Part shown: piece after piece, positions 9,188 to 17,733 of the stretch
How positions within the stretch are numbered: position 1 is the first letter of the stretch
Layout: each line of letters opens with the position of its first letter
Origin: Nitrospinota bacterium
GTDB lineage: Bacteria; Nitrospinota_A; UBA7883
Length of the DNA: 64,000 bases
Assembly (NCBI GenBank): GCA_965223725.1
Contig: CBDCXE010000006.1
Location: 610,012-674,011, forward strand
Reading direction: 5' to 3'
Notes under the pieces: model-generated
The model's database searches: none
Seen by the model: only the letters and a program-made list of their open reading frames with translations
Told to the model about the DNA's origin: nothing
Position numbers and translations under genes: made by a program

Positions 9188-10036
9188 CTAGTCTGGCGAT
9201 TTCTTTTTTAACGCAAAAAAGCCTTGTTCTAGTACGTCAGGATGATCGACGTAATAGATAAGATCGAGAAACCCACCCCACATCCTTCTAGCGTAAGCAT
9301 CGGTCATGAAAGAATAACCGTAATCAAGATGATTGTAATTGCCTTTGCCGGAGCCTGGCATAAAGACCATTTCTCCCATTTCCATAAATTCAACAAACCG
9401 GCCAAAAGATTCTAAAAAAGGTCGATGTGCTTCACGACGGGACGGTGGCAGTTGATCAACAGGAGTTTCCATTATCGTCTGGTAATGGCCCATGCCAAAC
9501 GATGTAATGAATATCACACCATTAGGTTTTAGGGTGCGTGACATTTCATGCAACCAGTCCAGCCCATGCGCCTGACTTAAATGTGAAAAGACTGAATAGG
9601 CAGTAATGTAATCAAACGATTCATCCTGAAAAGGAAGTTTTGGCGGTTTCGCCGCAATCGGGTGAAAAGTCCCTTGAGGGAAATCTTTTTTTACAGTTTT
9701 GACAAAATCTGGAACCACGTCAACTCCATGAATATGAGCGGCTGGAACATTGCGCAAAAATGTCCTTCCAATACGAGCTGTAGTACCGCAACCAAAATCG
9801 AGAATCTTTGAGTTTTTATCGAGCGTCAAACCTTTACGCCATATTGCGCGTGTAGCTTCGTTATAAAAGCATGTTGCCTCAGATATAGAATCTTTGGCGG
9901 TTGCGCTTCCAAGCATGGCATTATGGGAATACTTGCCGAAGGCCCCCCCATCGACACTATTGTCTGCAAGCGATTCAATCCATGCGTCCCTGAATTCTTC
10001 AACAGGCTTTTTTTCATATTTTTCAAACAGTTCCAC
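9188..10036 (-). CDS. class I SAM-dependent methyltransferase
   Basis: Motif I ILDFGCGTTARIG. Motif II/III acidic residues follow. Confidence 0.7.
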   Translation of the reverse strand: MELFEKYEKKPVEEFRDAWIESLADNSVDGGAFGKYSHNAMLGSATAKDSISEATCFYNEATRAIWRKGLTLDKNSKILDFGCGTTARIGRTFLRNVPAAHIHGVDVVPDFVKTVKKDFPQGTFHPIAAKPPKLPFQDESFDYITAYSVFSHLSQAHGLDWLHEMSRTLKPNGVIFITSFGMGHYQTIMETPVDQLPPSRREAHRPFLESFGRFVEFMEMGEMVFMPGSGKGNYNHLDYGYSFMTDAYARRMWGGFLDLIYYVDHPDVLEQGFFALKKKSPD

Positions 10037-10269
10037 GTTATCAAGGCCTCCGTTAGTCGCAAATGTAATAATGATTAGCCTCGCAATATAGCATACTTGT
10101 TAAACAGAGCAAATATTTTTAGCTATAGCAACGCTCGATTGCAGACATAATCACTTTTTGGTGTTGCCACAATTTACGCACTAAATACAATTTGTCATTG
10201 ATTTTGTCTGCGAGAAATTTTTCGGTAAACCACTTTACCTTGTTATAAGAACTTTTATACATAAACTTC

Positions 10270-11259
10270 CTATTTGGGAGAGGGTAATGTATACCCAGCG
10301 CTTTTTAGATCTAACCCGGTTAACGTAGAAAGAGATAAGTTATCTTCAGCATAATATTCGTTAATGAATTTCATAGACTCTGGTGAAAAGTATCGCGGGG
10401 GTGTGTCAATATATGAGATAAGCTCCATCACTCTTCCATGAACCCCTTCTTCAAAAGTACCCCATGGCCGATAGTCGTATGAAGGGTCCACTCTTTTTCG
10501 CAATCTACCCATTTTTTTTAAGATACGCTGATACCCACTGCCAAACCTTCCAAAAGATACATTATGCCTGGGTTCTTCACTGAGAAAGTCTGCGCATTTT
10601 TTTGTATCAATGCCAGCAAACTCAGATAACGTTTTTGCAAACAGGTCCAGATTGCCCTTCAACCATTCAAGGGGGATAACCAAAACATTTTCTTTTCCAA
10701 AAGTGTCCTGGTAACAACTTACCAATGGACTGTAAAGATATTGCCGCAGATGAAAGTCATTCTGTTGGCCATGATAGTAGTTGAAGGACCTCATCCAGTT
10801 TATCCAGTCATCGCTTGAACCTGTAAACAAGTCTCTCGTAGCAAGCCATCGATAGCCAGAAAATAGAACTGACTTTTGCTCCCTTATGGTTATGAGAATT
10901 CTTACCTTGCCGAAAATACTCTGCAATCGCTGACAGATTAACAAAGGGTCTGCCGCGCCAGCTAAAGATAGCGCTTCTTCAGATAGAACTGTAACAGGCT
11001 TCTCGTTAAGCCGGGGCTTGATACCATGATCATATAACTTATAGGCATTATTCAAATCAAAAAAGTAAGCTGAATGCTGACATATAGATTCAAGCAAAGA
11101 AGCAGTTGATTTGCTCATATCATACCCAACGGCTTCATCCCAATAAGGTTTCCCAAGGTACCGAATATCTGGATGTTTTGCGAACAGGTTAAATTGTAAG
11201 GTGGTAGTGCCGGTTTTCGGCGGGCCGATATGGATAATAAAAGAAGACTCGTTCGCCAT
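10270..11259 (-). CDS. sulfotransferase (PAPS-dependent)
   Basis: N-terminal 5'-PSB loop HIGPPKTGTTTLQ. 329 aa. 1-nt junction with the upstream sulfotransferase gene. Confidence 0.65.
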   Translation of the reverse strand: MANESSFIIHIGPPKTGTTTLQFNLFAKHPDIRYLGKPYWDEAVGYDMSKSTASLLESICQHSAYFFDLNNAYKLYDHGIKPRLNEKPVTVLSEEALSLAGAADPLLICQRLQSIFGKVRILITIREQKSVLFSGYRWLATRDLFTGSSDDWINWMRSFNYYHGQQNDFHLRQYLYSPLVSCYQDTFGKENVLVIPLEWLKGNLDLFAKTLSEFAGIDTKKCADFLSEEPRHNVSFGRFGSGYQRILKKMGRLRKRVDPSYDYRPWGTFEEGVHGRVMELISYIDTPPRYFSPESMKFINEYYAEDNLSLSTLTGLDLKSAGYTLPSPK

Positions 11260-12032
11260 CAGGTCAACAGTTTCTTTTTCAGGTCATTAAACCTGCCCAC
11301 TGCCTGGTGATAGACATCCATTTCTTCTGCCAGCAGTGATTCCAGCTTTTGGCGTTCAGCGGTTGTAATTTTATCCCTGTCAGTTTTTCCATCCGGGTTT
11401 ACATTTATAAAACGTACAGGCTCAACTTTTCCTGACTTGTTAACAGTCAATCTGCCACTGGCATATCGATAGGCGATCCTTTGAAAGTAATTCATATTGA
11501 TCATGTTTTCGACTTCGCTTCTGTCATAGGCTTCTGGCAATCGAAGCTTTGTATTCAGAAACACTTCCAGCATTTCTATTGTAACGCCCAATTCTTCAGA
11601 TAACCCGATGAAATCGTATTCATTGATGGGTTTTCCCTCCAGATAAATGGCCATAGCTCTTGTCATACTAGGGAACGAAGCGAAAGTGACCACATCAAAA
11701 CCATTTTGTTTCATAAACTGGTACGATGGCTTGGTTTCATCTTTTATCCGTAAGATATGCCGATAATTTGAGATCATACGATCAACCGGATGCCTGACAC
11801 AGGTAATGTAGGAAGCGTCATCAAATATACCTTCATACTTTTTGTAGTGAAAATGCCCATGGATCATTTTAAACCGCCTAAGGAAATCTTTATGCAAAAT
11901 TACCTGCGCCCTGTCCTCATCCCTGGGGATATGTTGGTAATAATCAAAATATACGTGGCGGCTGAACGAGTGGTCGAAATAGTTGGCTAATGTGGTGCCA
12001 GCAGTTTTCGGGATGTGTATGGAAATAATCAT
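11259..12032 (-). CDS. sulfotransferase (carbohydrate sulfotransferase-like, Sulfotransfer_2-type)
   Basis: N-terminal IHIPKTAGTTLANYF 5'-PSB motif, typical of Gal-3-O / HS-2-O sulfotransferase-like enzymes. 257 aa. Confidence 0.65.
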   Translation of the reverse strand: MIISIHIPKTAGTTLANYFDHSFSRHVYFDYYQHIPRDEDRAQVILHKDFLRRFKMIHGHFHYKKYEGIFDDASYITCVRHPVDRMISNYRHILRIKDETKPSYQFMKQNGFDVVTFASFPSMTRAMAIYLEGKPINEYDFIGLSEELGVTIEMLEVFLNTKLRLPEAYDRSEVENMINMNYFQRIAYRYASGRLTVNKSGKVEPVRFINVNPDGKTDRDKITTAERQKLESLLAEEMDVYHQAVGRFNDLKKKLLT

Positions 12033-12309
12033 ATCAGGAGATTATAAATCAATTAAACTAGATCAGCTTTTGTAAGCGAATAATTGCATTCATTAAAACC
12101 CCATCTGATTTGCGTATTTAAATAGAATTGTTTTCGTATCTTTCCGGCGGGATTTTATCACACACTAATATTTCCTTACAACCGAACATGAATAAATCAG
12201 AACGACAGCAATTAAATTAAATAGTTTTATTTATATAATATACAGCATGATCAAAGCCTTACCCTGTATAATATGTATTTGTGGCCACTAAAATATTTTC
12301 ATCTATCTA

Positions 12310-12338
12310 TTGACACCCACCACCAAAATTTATAAACT
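12310..12338 (+). promoter_or_regulatory. sigma70-type promoter candidate for the tRNA-tuf operon (-35 TTGACA, 17-nt spacer, -10 TAAACT)
   Basis: TTGACA at 12310-12315. TAAACT at 12333-12338. The first tRNA starts ~57 nt downstream. Confidence 0.35.
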
Positions 12339-12394
12339 ACTCGTTTATTGTTTTCAAAGGCTAGTGTTTCCGGTATTTTAGAAAGGTTTTCGGC

Positions 12395-12470
12395 GCCGGC
12401 GTAGCTCAGTTGGTAGAGCAGCTGATTTGTAATCAGCAGGCCGCGGGTTCGAGTCCCATCGCCGGCTCCA
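12395..12470 (+). tRNA. thrU: tRNA-Thr (anticodon TGT)
   Basis: Cloverleaf read by eye. Acceptor stem GCCGGCG/CGCCGGC. GTAGCTCAGTTGGTAGAGC D-arm. Anticodon loop TTTGTAA. GGTTCGAGTCC T-arm. Encoded CCA. Confidence 0.9.
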
Positions 12471-12541
12471 TATGTTTCCAGCTGTCAGTGGCGGTGTTAG
12501 TCTATTAATTATAATAATTTAGAAAGTCCATAGTTGGATTC

Positions 12542-12626
12542 GGGGAGGTTCCCGAGTGGTCAAAGGGAGCAGACTGTAAATCTGCCGGCATAGCCTTCGG
12601 AGGTTCGACTCCTCCCCTCCCCACCA
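12542..12626 (+). tRNA. tyrU: tRNA-Tyr (anticodon GTA)
   Basis: 85 nt with a long variable arm. Anticodon loop ACTGTAAAT. GGTTCGACTCC T-arm. Acceptor stem GGGGAGG/CCTCCCC. CCA encoded. Confidence 0.9.
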
Positions 12627-12639
12627 TTTATTAGGTTGG

Positions 12640-12715
<76 letters not shown>

Positions 12716-12787
12716 TTGGTTTCTAATCGCAGGAGCGATGGAGCGAAGGATATAGGCAAAGAGAGCGCTTACGCTTTTTAATAAAGC

Positions 12788-12862
12788 GCCCGCGTAGCTC
12801 AGTGGTGGAGCGCTTCCTTGGTAAGGAAGAGGTCATCGGTTCAATCCCGATCGCGGGCTCCA
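12788..12862 (+). tRNA. thrT: tRNA-Thr (anticodon GGT)
   Basis: Acceptor stem GCCCGCG/CGCGGGC. Anticodon loop TTGGTAA. GGTTCAATCC T-arm. CCA encoded. Confidence 0.9.
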
Positions 12863-12984
12863 TACCATGATTGTAATGGCGAACTGGTAAGTAGTTAGTT
12901 TGGTTTGAATGACAGGCGCATGTAATGGTTCATGCCTGGTTGGAATGATAAAAGATCATAAAGTGAATGCAGGAGTGATCAGCG

Positions 12985-14175
12985 ATGGCTAAGGAAAAAT
13001 TTGACAGGAGCAAGCCTCACGTAAACATCGGTACGATAGGTCATGTGGACCATGGCAAGACGACGTTGACAGCGGCGATAACGGAGGTGTTGAGCAAGAA
13101 GGGTTTGGCGGATTACATTCCCTTTGACGAGATAGACAAGGCTCCTGAGGAGCGTGAGCGTGGTATCACCATCGCGACGGCCCATGTGGAGTATCAGACG
13201 GAGAACCGCCACTATGCCCATGTGGACTGCCCTGGCCATGCTGACTATGTGAAGAACATGATCACCGGCGCTGCGCAGATGGATGGGGCGATATTGGTGG
13301 TGTCCGCCGCGGACGGTCCGATGCCTCAGACGCGGGAGCATATCCTGCTGGCGCGTCAGGTTGGCGTTCCTTACATCGTGGTGTTTCTGAACAAGGTGGA
13401 CCAGGTGGACGACCCGGAGTTGCTGGAGCTGGTTGATCTTGAGATCCGTGAGCTGCTGGACAAGTACGATTTTCCTGGAGAGGACACGCCAGTGATCCAG
13501 GGTTCCGCTTTGAAAGCGCTGGAGAACCCGGAGGATGAGGAGGCGAACAAATGCATAATGGAGCTGATGGCTGCTGTGGACAGCTATATACCTGAGCCTG
13601 AGCGTGATGTGGACAAGACGTTTCTGATGCCTGTGGAGGATGTGTTCACGATATCGGGTCGCGGCACGGTTGTGACCGGTCGTGTGGAGCGTGGGATCGT
13701 ACGCACCGGCGAAGAGGTGGAGATCGTTGGCATCCGTGACACGCAGAAGACGGTTGTGACCGGCGTGGAGATGTTCCGGAAGATCCTTGATGAAGGAATG
13801 GCTGGCGATAATGTAGGGTTGTTGCTTCGCGGCACGAAGCGTGAGGAAGTGGAGCGCGGCCAGGTGTGCGCGCAGCCTGGCAGCATCACACCGCACAAGA
13901 AGTTCAAGGCTGAAGTATATATATTGACGAAGGAAGAGGGTGGCCGTCACACGCCTTTTTTCAAGGGGTACCGTCCGCAGTTTTATTTTCGGACAACAGA
14001 TGTTACCGGAGTGGTGGAGCTTCCGGAAGGTGTGGAGATGGTAATGCCTGGTGACAACGTGAGCATAGTGGGCGAGCTGATCACGCCGATCGCCATGGAG
14101 AAAGAGCTGCGGTTCGCCATCCGTGAAGGCGGCCGCACCGTCGGCGCAGGCGTCGTCGCAGAAATTATTGAGTAG
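12985..14175 (+). CDS. tuf: elongation factor Tu
   Basis: [28 protein letters not shown]...DCPGHADY...NKVD. A complete 396-aa EF-Tu. Confidence 0.97.
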   Translation: MAKEKFDRSKPHVNIGTIGHVDHGKTTLTAAITEVLSKKGLADYIPFDEIDKAPEERERGITIATAHVEYQTENRHYAHVDCPGHADYVKNMITGAAQMDGAILVVSAADGPMPQTREHILLARQVGVPYIVVFLNKVDQVDDPELLELVDLEIRELLDKYDFPGEDTPVIQGSALKALENPEDEEANKCIMELMAAVDSYIPEPERDVDKTFLMPVEDVFTISGRGTVVTGRVERGIVRTGEEVEIVGIRDTQKTVVTGVEMFRKILDEGMAGDNVGLLLRGTKREEVERGQVCAQPGSITPHKKFKAEVYILTKEEGGRHTPFFKGYRPQFYFRTTDVTGVVELPEGVEMVMPGDNVSIVGELITPIAMEKELRFAIREGGRTVGAGVVAEIIE

Positions 14176-14184
14176 GCGGGCAAG

Positions 14185-14334
14185 ATGCGAGTGATAATAC
14201 AGCTGCAGTGCACAGAGTGTAAAAGGAAGAACTACAGCACTACAAAGAACAAAAAAAATACTCCTGACAGGTTGGAGTTCAAGAAGTATTGCAGGTTTTG
14301 CAGGAAGCATACGGCGCACAAGGAGACAAAGTAA
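14185..14334 (+). CDS. rpmG: 50S ribosomal protein L33
   Basis: 49-aa [52 protein letters not shown], with the 4-Cys L33 zinc ribbon. Not in the ORF track because it is under 60 aa. Confidence 0.85.
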   Translation: MRVIIQLQCTECKRKNYSTTKNKKNTPDRLEFKKYCRFCRKHTAHKETK

Positions 14335-14353
14335 TCGGATGAATATCCGACGA

Positions 14354-14430
14354 AGGCCAGTAGCTCTAACGGCTAGAGCACCGCGCTCCAAACGCGGGTG
14401 TTGGGGGTTCGAATCCCTCCTGGCCTGCCA
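14354..14430 (+). tRNA. tRNA-Trp (anticodon CCA)
   Basis: Acceptor stem AGGCCAG/CTGGCCT. Anticodon loop CTCCAAA. GGTTCGAATCC T-arm. CCA encoded. Confidence 0.88.
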
Positions 14431-14441
14431 GAAGTGACAAG

Positions 14442-14642
14442 GTGGATATGAACAAGGTTCAGCAAGGCGTACAGTTTTTAAAAGAGGTCAGGGTAGAGAC
14501 CCGGAAGGTGACGTTTCCGGACAGGAAAACGACACTGATGACCACATCTGCGGTCATAGTGTTTGTGATAATTATCTCTATCTATCTGGGTATTGCTGAT
14601 TTTATTTTATCGAAACTTATGGGGCTTGCGCTTAATACGTGA
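14442..14642 (+). CDS. secE: preprotein translocase subunit SecE
   Basis: 66 aa with a single C-terminal TM helix. The conserved EVRVETRKVTFP-like SecE region. The tuf-(rpmG)-secE-nusG context. Confidence 0.85.
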   Translation: MDMNKVQQGVQFLKEVRVETRKVTFPDRKTTLMTTSAVIVFVIIISIYLGIADFILSKLMGLALNT

Positions 14643-15388
14643 TGATGGAAGACGAAACGAAAAAAGAAGCGGAGGCTCTGGAAAATGAAGAGTCCGAGCA
14701 ACAGGAAATGACAGAATCAGTTGAACCTGCGTCTTTGGATAAAATCTTCGGGCAGGAGGTTGTCGCTGAGGAAAGCGACCTGGACCCTGCGGTAGAGGCG
14801 ACGGAAAGCGCGCCTGTTGCGGAAGCGCCGCCGGTTGTGGAGCAGAGTAAAAAGTCTAGCAAAATGAAATGGTATGTGCTCCATACATATTCCGGGTATG
14901 AAAAGAAAGTGCGCGACCAGCTGAGCGACCGGCTTTCCCAGCACGGCATGGCCGACAAGGTGGGTGACATCATGGTGCCGGAAGAGAGCGTGGTGGAAGT
15001 GAAGAGCGGCAAAAAACGAGTAAGCGCCCGAAAGTTTTTCCCCGGTTATGTATTGATAGAGATGGAGATGAACGAAAAGCTGTGGCACGTGGTCAAAGAG
15101 ACACCGCGGATCACCGGCTTTCTGGGCGACGCGCATCTGCCGTCACCACTATCATTGGAAGAAGTAAACAGAATAAAAGAGCAGATGACAGGCGAGACCG
15201 ACACGCCACGGCCGAAGTTTTCTTTCAACGTGGGCGAGCAGGTGCGTGTCACCGATGGCGCGTTTGCAAACTTCACCGGCACGCTGGAAGAGGTCGATAC
15301 CGAGCGCGGCAAAGTGAAGGTGATGATAAGTATTTTTGGACGGTCTACCCCTGTGGAGCAGGAGTTTTCCCAGATAGAAAAGATATAA
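14639..15388 (+). CDS. nusG: transcription termination/antitermination factor NusG (with ~75-aa acidic N-terminal extension)
   Basis: KWYVLHTYSGYEKKV NGN domain. KOW motif FNVGEQVRVTDGAFANFTGTL. Possible internal start at M76 (nt 14864). Confidence 0.85.
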   Translation: MMMEDETKKEAEALENEESEQQEMTESVEPASLDKIFGQEVVAEESDLDPAVEATESAPVAEAPPVVEQSKKSSKMKWYVLHTYSGYEKKVRDQLSDRLSQHGMADKVGDIMVPEESVVEVKSGKKRVSARKFFPGYVLIEMEMNEKLWHVVKETPRITGFLGDAHLPSPLSLEEVNRIKEQMTGETDTPRPKFSFNVGEQVRVTDGAFANFTGTLEEVDTERGKVKVMISIFGRSTPVEQEFSQIEKI

Positions 15389-15417
15389 GCGTATTGCTTG
15401 TAATGACTGAGGTATAA

Positions 15418-15840
15418 ATGGCAAAAGAAGAATTAGCGAAAATCAAATTGCAGGTTCCTGCAGGCGCGGCCAACCCGTCGCCTCCTGTGGGTCCGGCGCT
15501 GGGCCAGCATGGCGTGAATATAATGGAGTTTTGCAAAGCGTTCAACTCGCAGACCCAGGGACAGGAAGGGCTGATCATCCCGGTGGTCATATCTGTATAC
15601 GCCGACCGCTCCTTTAGTTTCATACTAAAATCGCCGCCGGCTTCGGTATTGCTGAAAAGAGCGGCCGGGGTGGCCAAAGGCTCCTCCGAGCCGAACAAGA
15701 CAAAAGTAGGCAAGGTGACCTGGAGCCAGGTCAAGGAGATCGCCGAAACTAAAAAAGAAGATCTGAATGCCGCGGATGTGGACGCCGCCTCGCAAATTAT
15801 CGCGGGAACAGCAAGGTCCATGGGCATTCTGGTTGAGTAA
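15418..15840 (+). CDS. rplK: 50S ribosomal protein L11
   Basis: [43 protein letters not shown]. Confidence 0.95.
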   Translation: MAKEELAKIKLQVPAGAANPSPPVGPALGQHGVNIMEFCKAFNSQTQGQEGLIIPVVISVYADRSFSFILKSPPASVLLKRAAGVAKGSSEPNKTKVGKVTWSQVKEIAETKKEDLNAADVDAASQIIAGTARSMGILVE

Positions 15841-15873
15841 CATACAGGATTTGATGGAGTTTTATATAAGCTG

Positions 15874-16575
15874 ATGGCTAAAACTGGTAAACGAATGAAA
15901 GCGGCGAAGGAGTCGTATGACGCCACTGCCAGATTCCAGCTTTTGGAAGCTGTGAAAATAATTAAAGAAGCGCCCGCTACAAAGTTTGATGAAAGCGTTG
16001 ATATCGCCATGCGCCTTGGTGTTAACCCCACCAAAGCGGATCAGATGATCCGTGGTTCTGTGGCGTTGCCCAAAGGTACTGGCAAAAAACAGAGGATCGC
16101 CGTGTTCGCAAAAGGCGATAAAGCCAGGGAAGCGGAAGAGGCCGGGGCCGATTTTGTTGGCGCCGAGGACCTGGTGACCAAGGTGGAAGGTGGTTGGATG
16201 GACTTTGATGTGGCCGTATCCACACCAGACATGATGGGCCAGGTCGGTAAGCTTGGTAAAGTGTTGGGTCCCAGAGGCCTGATGCCAAACCCGAAGTCTG
16301 GCACTGTTACATTTGAAATGGAAAAAGTAGTAAACGAGATTCAGGCGGGTAAAGTGGAGTTCCGGGTGGACAAAGCGGGCATCGTCCATGCCCCTGTTGG
16401 CAAGGCCAGCTTCTCTGTGGAAGATATTTTCGAGAACGCTAAAATGGTGATCGAGCAGACCCAGAAAATGAAACCAGCGACGGTCAAGGGTACTTACATT
16501 CGCAGTATCAGCATCTCCACAACCATGGGGCCAGGTGTGCGGATTGATAACAGTAATATTGGCCTTAACGCCTGA
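15874..16575 (+). CDS. rplA: 50S ribosomal protein L1
   Basis: MAKTGKRMKAAKESYD...AVFAKGDKAREAEEAGAD. A 233-aa L1. Confidence 0.95.
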   Translation: MAKTGKRMKAAKESYDATARFQLLEAVKIIKEAPATKFDESVDIAMRLGVNPTKADQMIRGSVALPKGTGKKQRIAVFAKGDKAREAEEAGADFVGAEDLVTKVEGGWMDFDVAVSTPDMMGQVGKLGKVLGPRGLMPNPKSGTVTFEMEKVVNEIQAGKVEFRVDKAGIVHAPVGKASFSVEDIFENAKMVIEQTQKMKPATVKGTYIRSISISTTMGPGVRIDNSNIGLNA

Positions 16576-16606
16576 TTGGCAATAGAGAAATTAAGGAAAA
16601 GAGACA

Positions 16607-17131
16607 ATGGTAACAGAAGCCAAAAGCAAAGCAGTCGAAGAGCTTAAGGCGATATTTGCGGAATCCACATCGGCTGTGATGGCGGATTATCGTGGCGTCA
16701 ACGGCAACGATATCACACAACTTCGCAAAGAGCTGAGAGAAGCGGACGCGAAATTTAAAGTAGTGAAAAACACCCTTGTTAAGCTGGCGGTGAAGGACAC
16801 CCCATACGAGCCGGCGGAGCAGATGTTCGAAGGGCCTGTGTCGGTTACTTTCGGGTTTGGTGATGAAATCGGAAAGCCAGCCAAGGCGTTGCTGAATTTC
16901 GCCAAACAGAACGAAAACCTGAAAATAATCGGCGGCATGGTGGAAGGATCTGTTCTGGACAAAGCTGGTGTTAAAAAACTGGCCGATATGCCACCGAAAC
17001 CGGTGGTTCAAGCCATGTTGCTTGGTCTGCTTCAGTCGCCGGCGAGGAACCTGCTGGGTGTGCTGGAAGGGGCGCCGAGGAAACTTCTCTACGCTCTTCA
17101 TGCTATTGCGCAGGAAAAAGAAAAAGAATAA
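16607..17131 (+). CDS. rplJ: 50S ribosomal protein L10
   Basis: 174 aa. ADYRGVNGNDITQLRKELREA, typical of L10. Confidence 0.92.
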   Translation: MVTEAKSKAVEELKAIFAESTSAVMADYRGVNGNDITQLRKELREADAKFKVVKNTLVKLAVKDTPYEPAEQMFEGPVSVTFGFGDEIGKPAKALLNFAKQNENLKIIGGMVEGSVLDKAGVKKLADMPPKPVVQAMLLGLLQSPARNLLGVLEGAPRKLLYALHAIAQEKEKE

Positions 17132-17190
17132 CGAAACAGAAAATTTGTTTTATTTATAAATATACCTATCGATAGGAAAGGGATTGTAAA

Positions 17191-17574
17191 ATGTCTGCAA
17201 CGAAAGACGATGTGAAAGATTATCTGAAAAACCTTCCGGTTCATGAGCTGCTGGGGCTCGTCAAAGAGCTGGAAGAAGAGTGGGGCGTTTCAGCCGCCGC
17301 TCCTGCCGCTGTGGCCGCTCCGGCCGGTGGCGATGGCGCCGCCGCCGCAGAGGATGAAGGGCCTGCCCAGGTTTCTGTTGTCCTTTCCGCTGTGGGTGAC
17401 AAGAAAATTCAAGTGATCAAGGTAGTTCGCGAAATAACCGGATTGGGACTAAAAGAGGCCAAGGAACTGGTCGACGGCGCGCCAAAGGCTGTTAAAGAGG
17501 GTATTGAAAAGGACGAGGCGGACAAAATCAAGGCACAGCTCGAGGAAGTTGGCGCGGTTATTGAAATCAAGTAG
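17191..17574 (+). CDS. rplL: 50S ribosomal protein L7/L12
   Basis: 127 aa. Ala-rich hinge. C-terminal [21 protein letters not shown]...AVIEIK. Confidence 0.95.
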   Translation: MSATKDDVKDYLKNLPVHELLGLVKELEEEWGVSAAAPAAVAAPAGGDGAAAAEDEGPAQVSVVLSAVGDKKIQVIKVVREITGLGLKEAKELVDGAPKAVKEGIEKDEADKIKAQLEEVGAVIEIK

Positions 17575-17640
17575 CTCTTGAAATTGTTAAGGGTGGGAAA
17601 GCCTTGCGCTTTCTCATCAACGGCTACGGCAGTCAATTAT

Positions 17641-17660
17641 CCGGGCTTGGCGCCCGGTTT
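17641..17660 (+). terminator. attenuator-like GC hairpin in the rplL-rpoB intergenic region (CCGGGC-TTGGC-GCCCGG + TTT)
   Basis: Perfect 6-bp GC stem followed by TTT. The position corresponds to the known rplL-rpoB partial terminator of proteobacteria. Confidence 0.35.
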
Positions 17661-17733
17661 CCATATTGTCCATCCTTGCCCGATCGCGTTATATGCTATG
17701 GGTCGAGCGCGGGTTCCCTTTGGAGGTTAGCGG

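Noticed and set aside
12033-12470. Integrase-type island junction (att repeat / integrase) at tRNA-Thr
   Set aside because: No integrase or recombinase gene and no direct repeat of a tRNA 3' end were seen. The island lies on the 5' (promoter) side of the tRNA rather than the 3' side used by tRNA-targeting integrases. I therefore do not call it a mobile element, only compositionally foreign.
12979-14391. 470-aa ORF on the minus strand
   Set aside because: It is fully antisense to tuf (EF-Tu), the most conserved gene here. His/Arg/Leu-rich translation is typical of antisense reading of GC-rich coding DNA.
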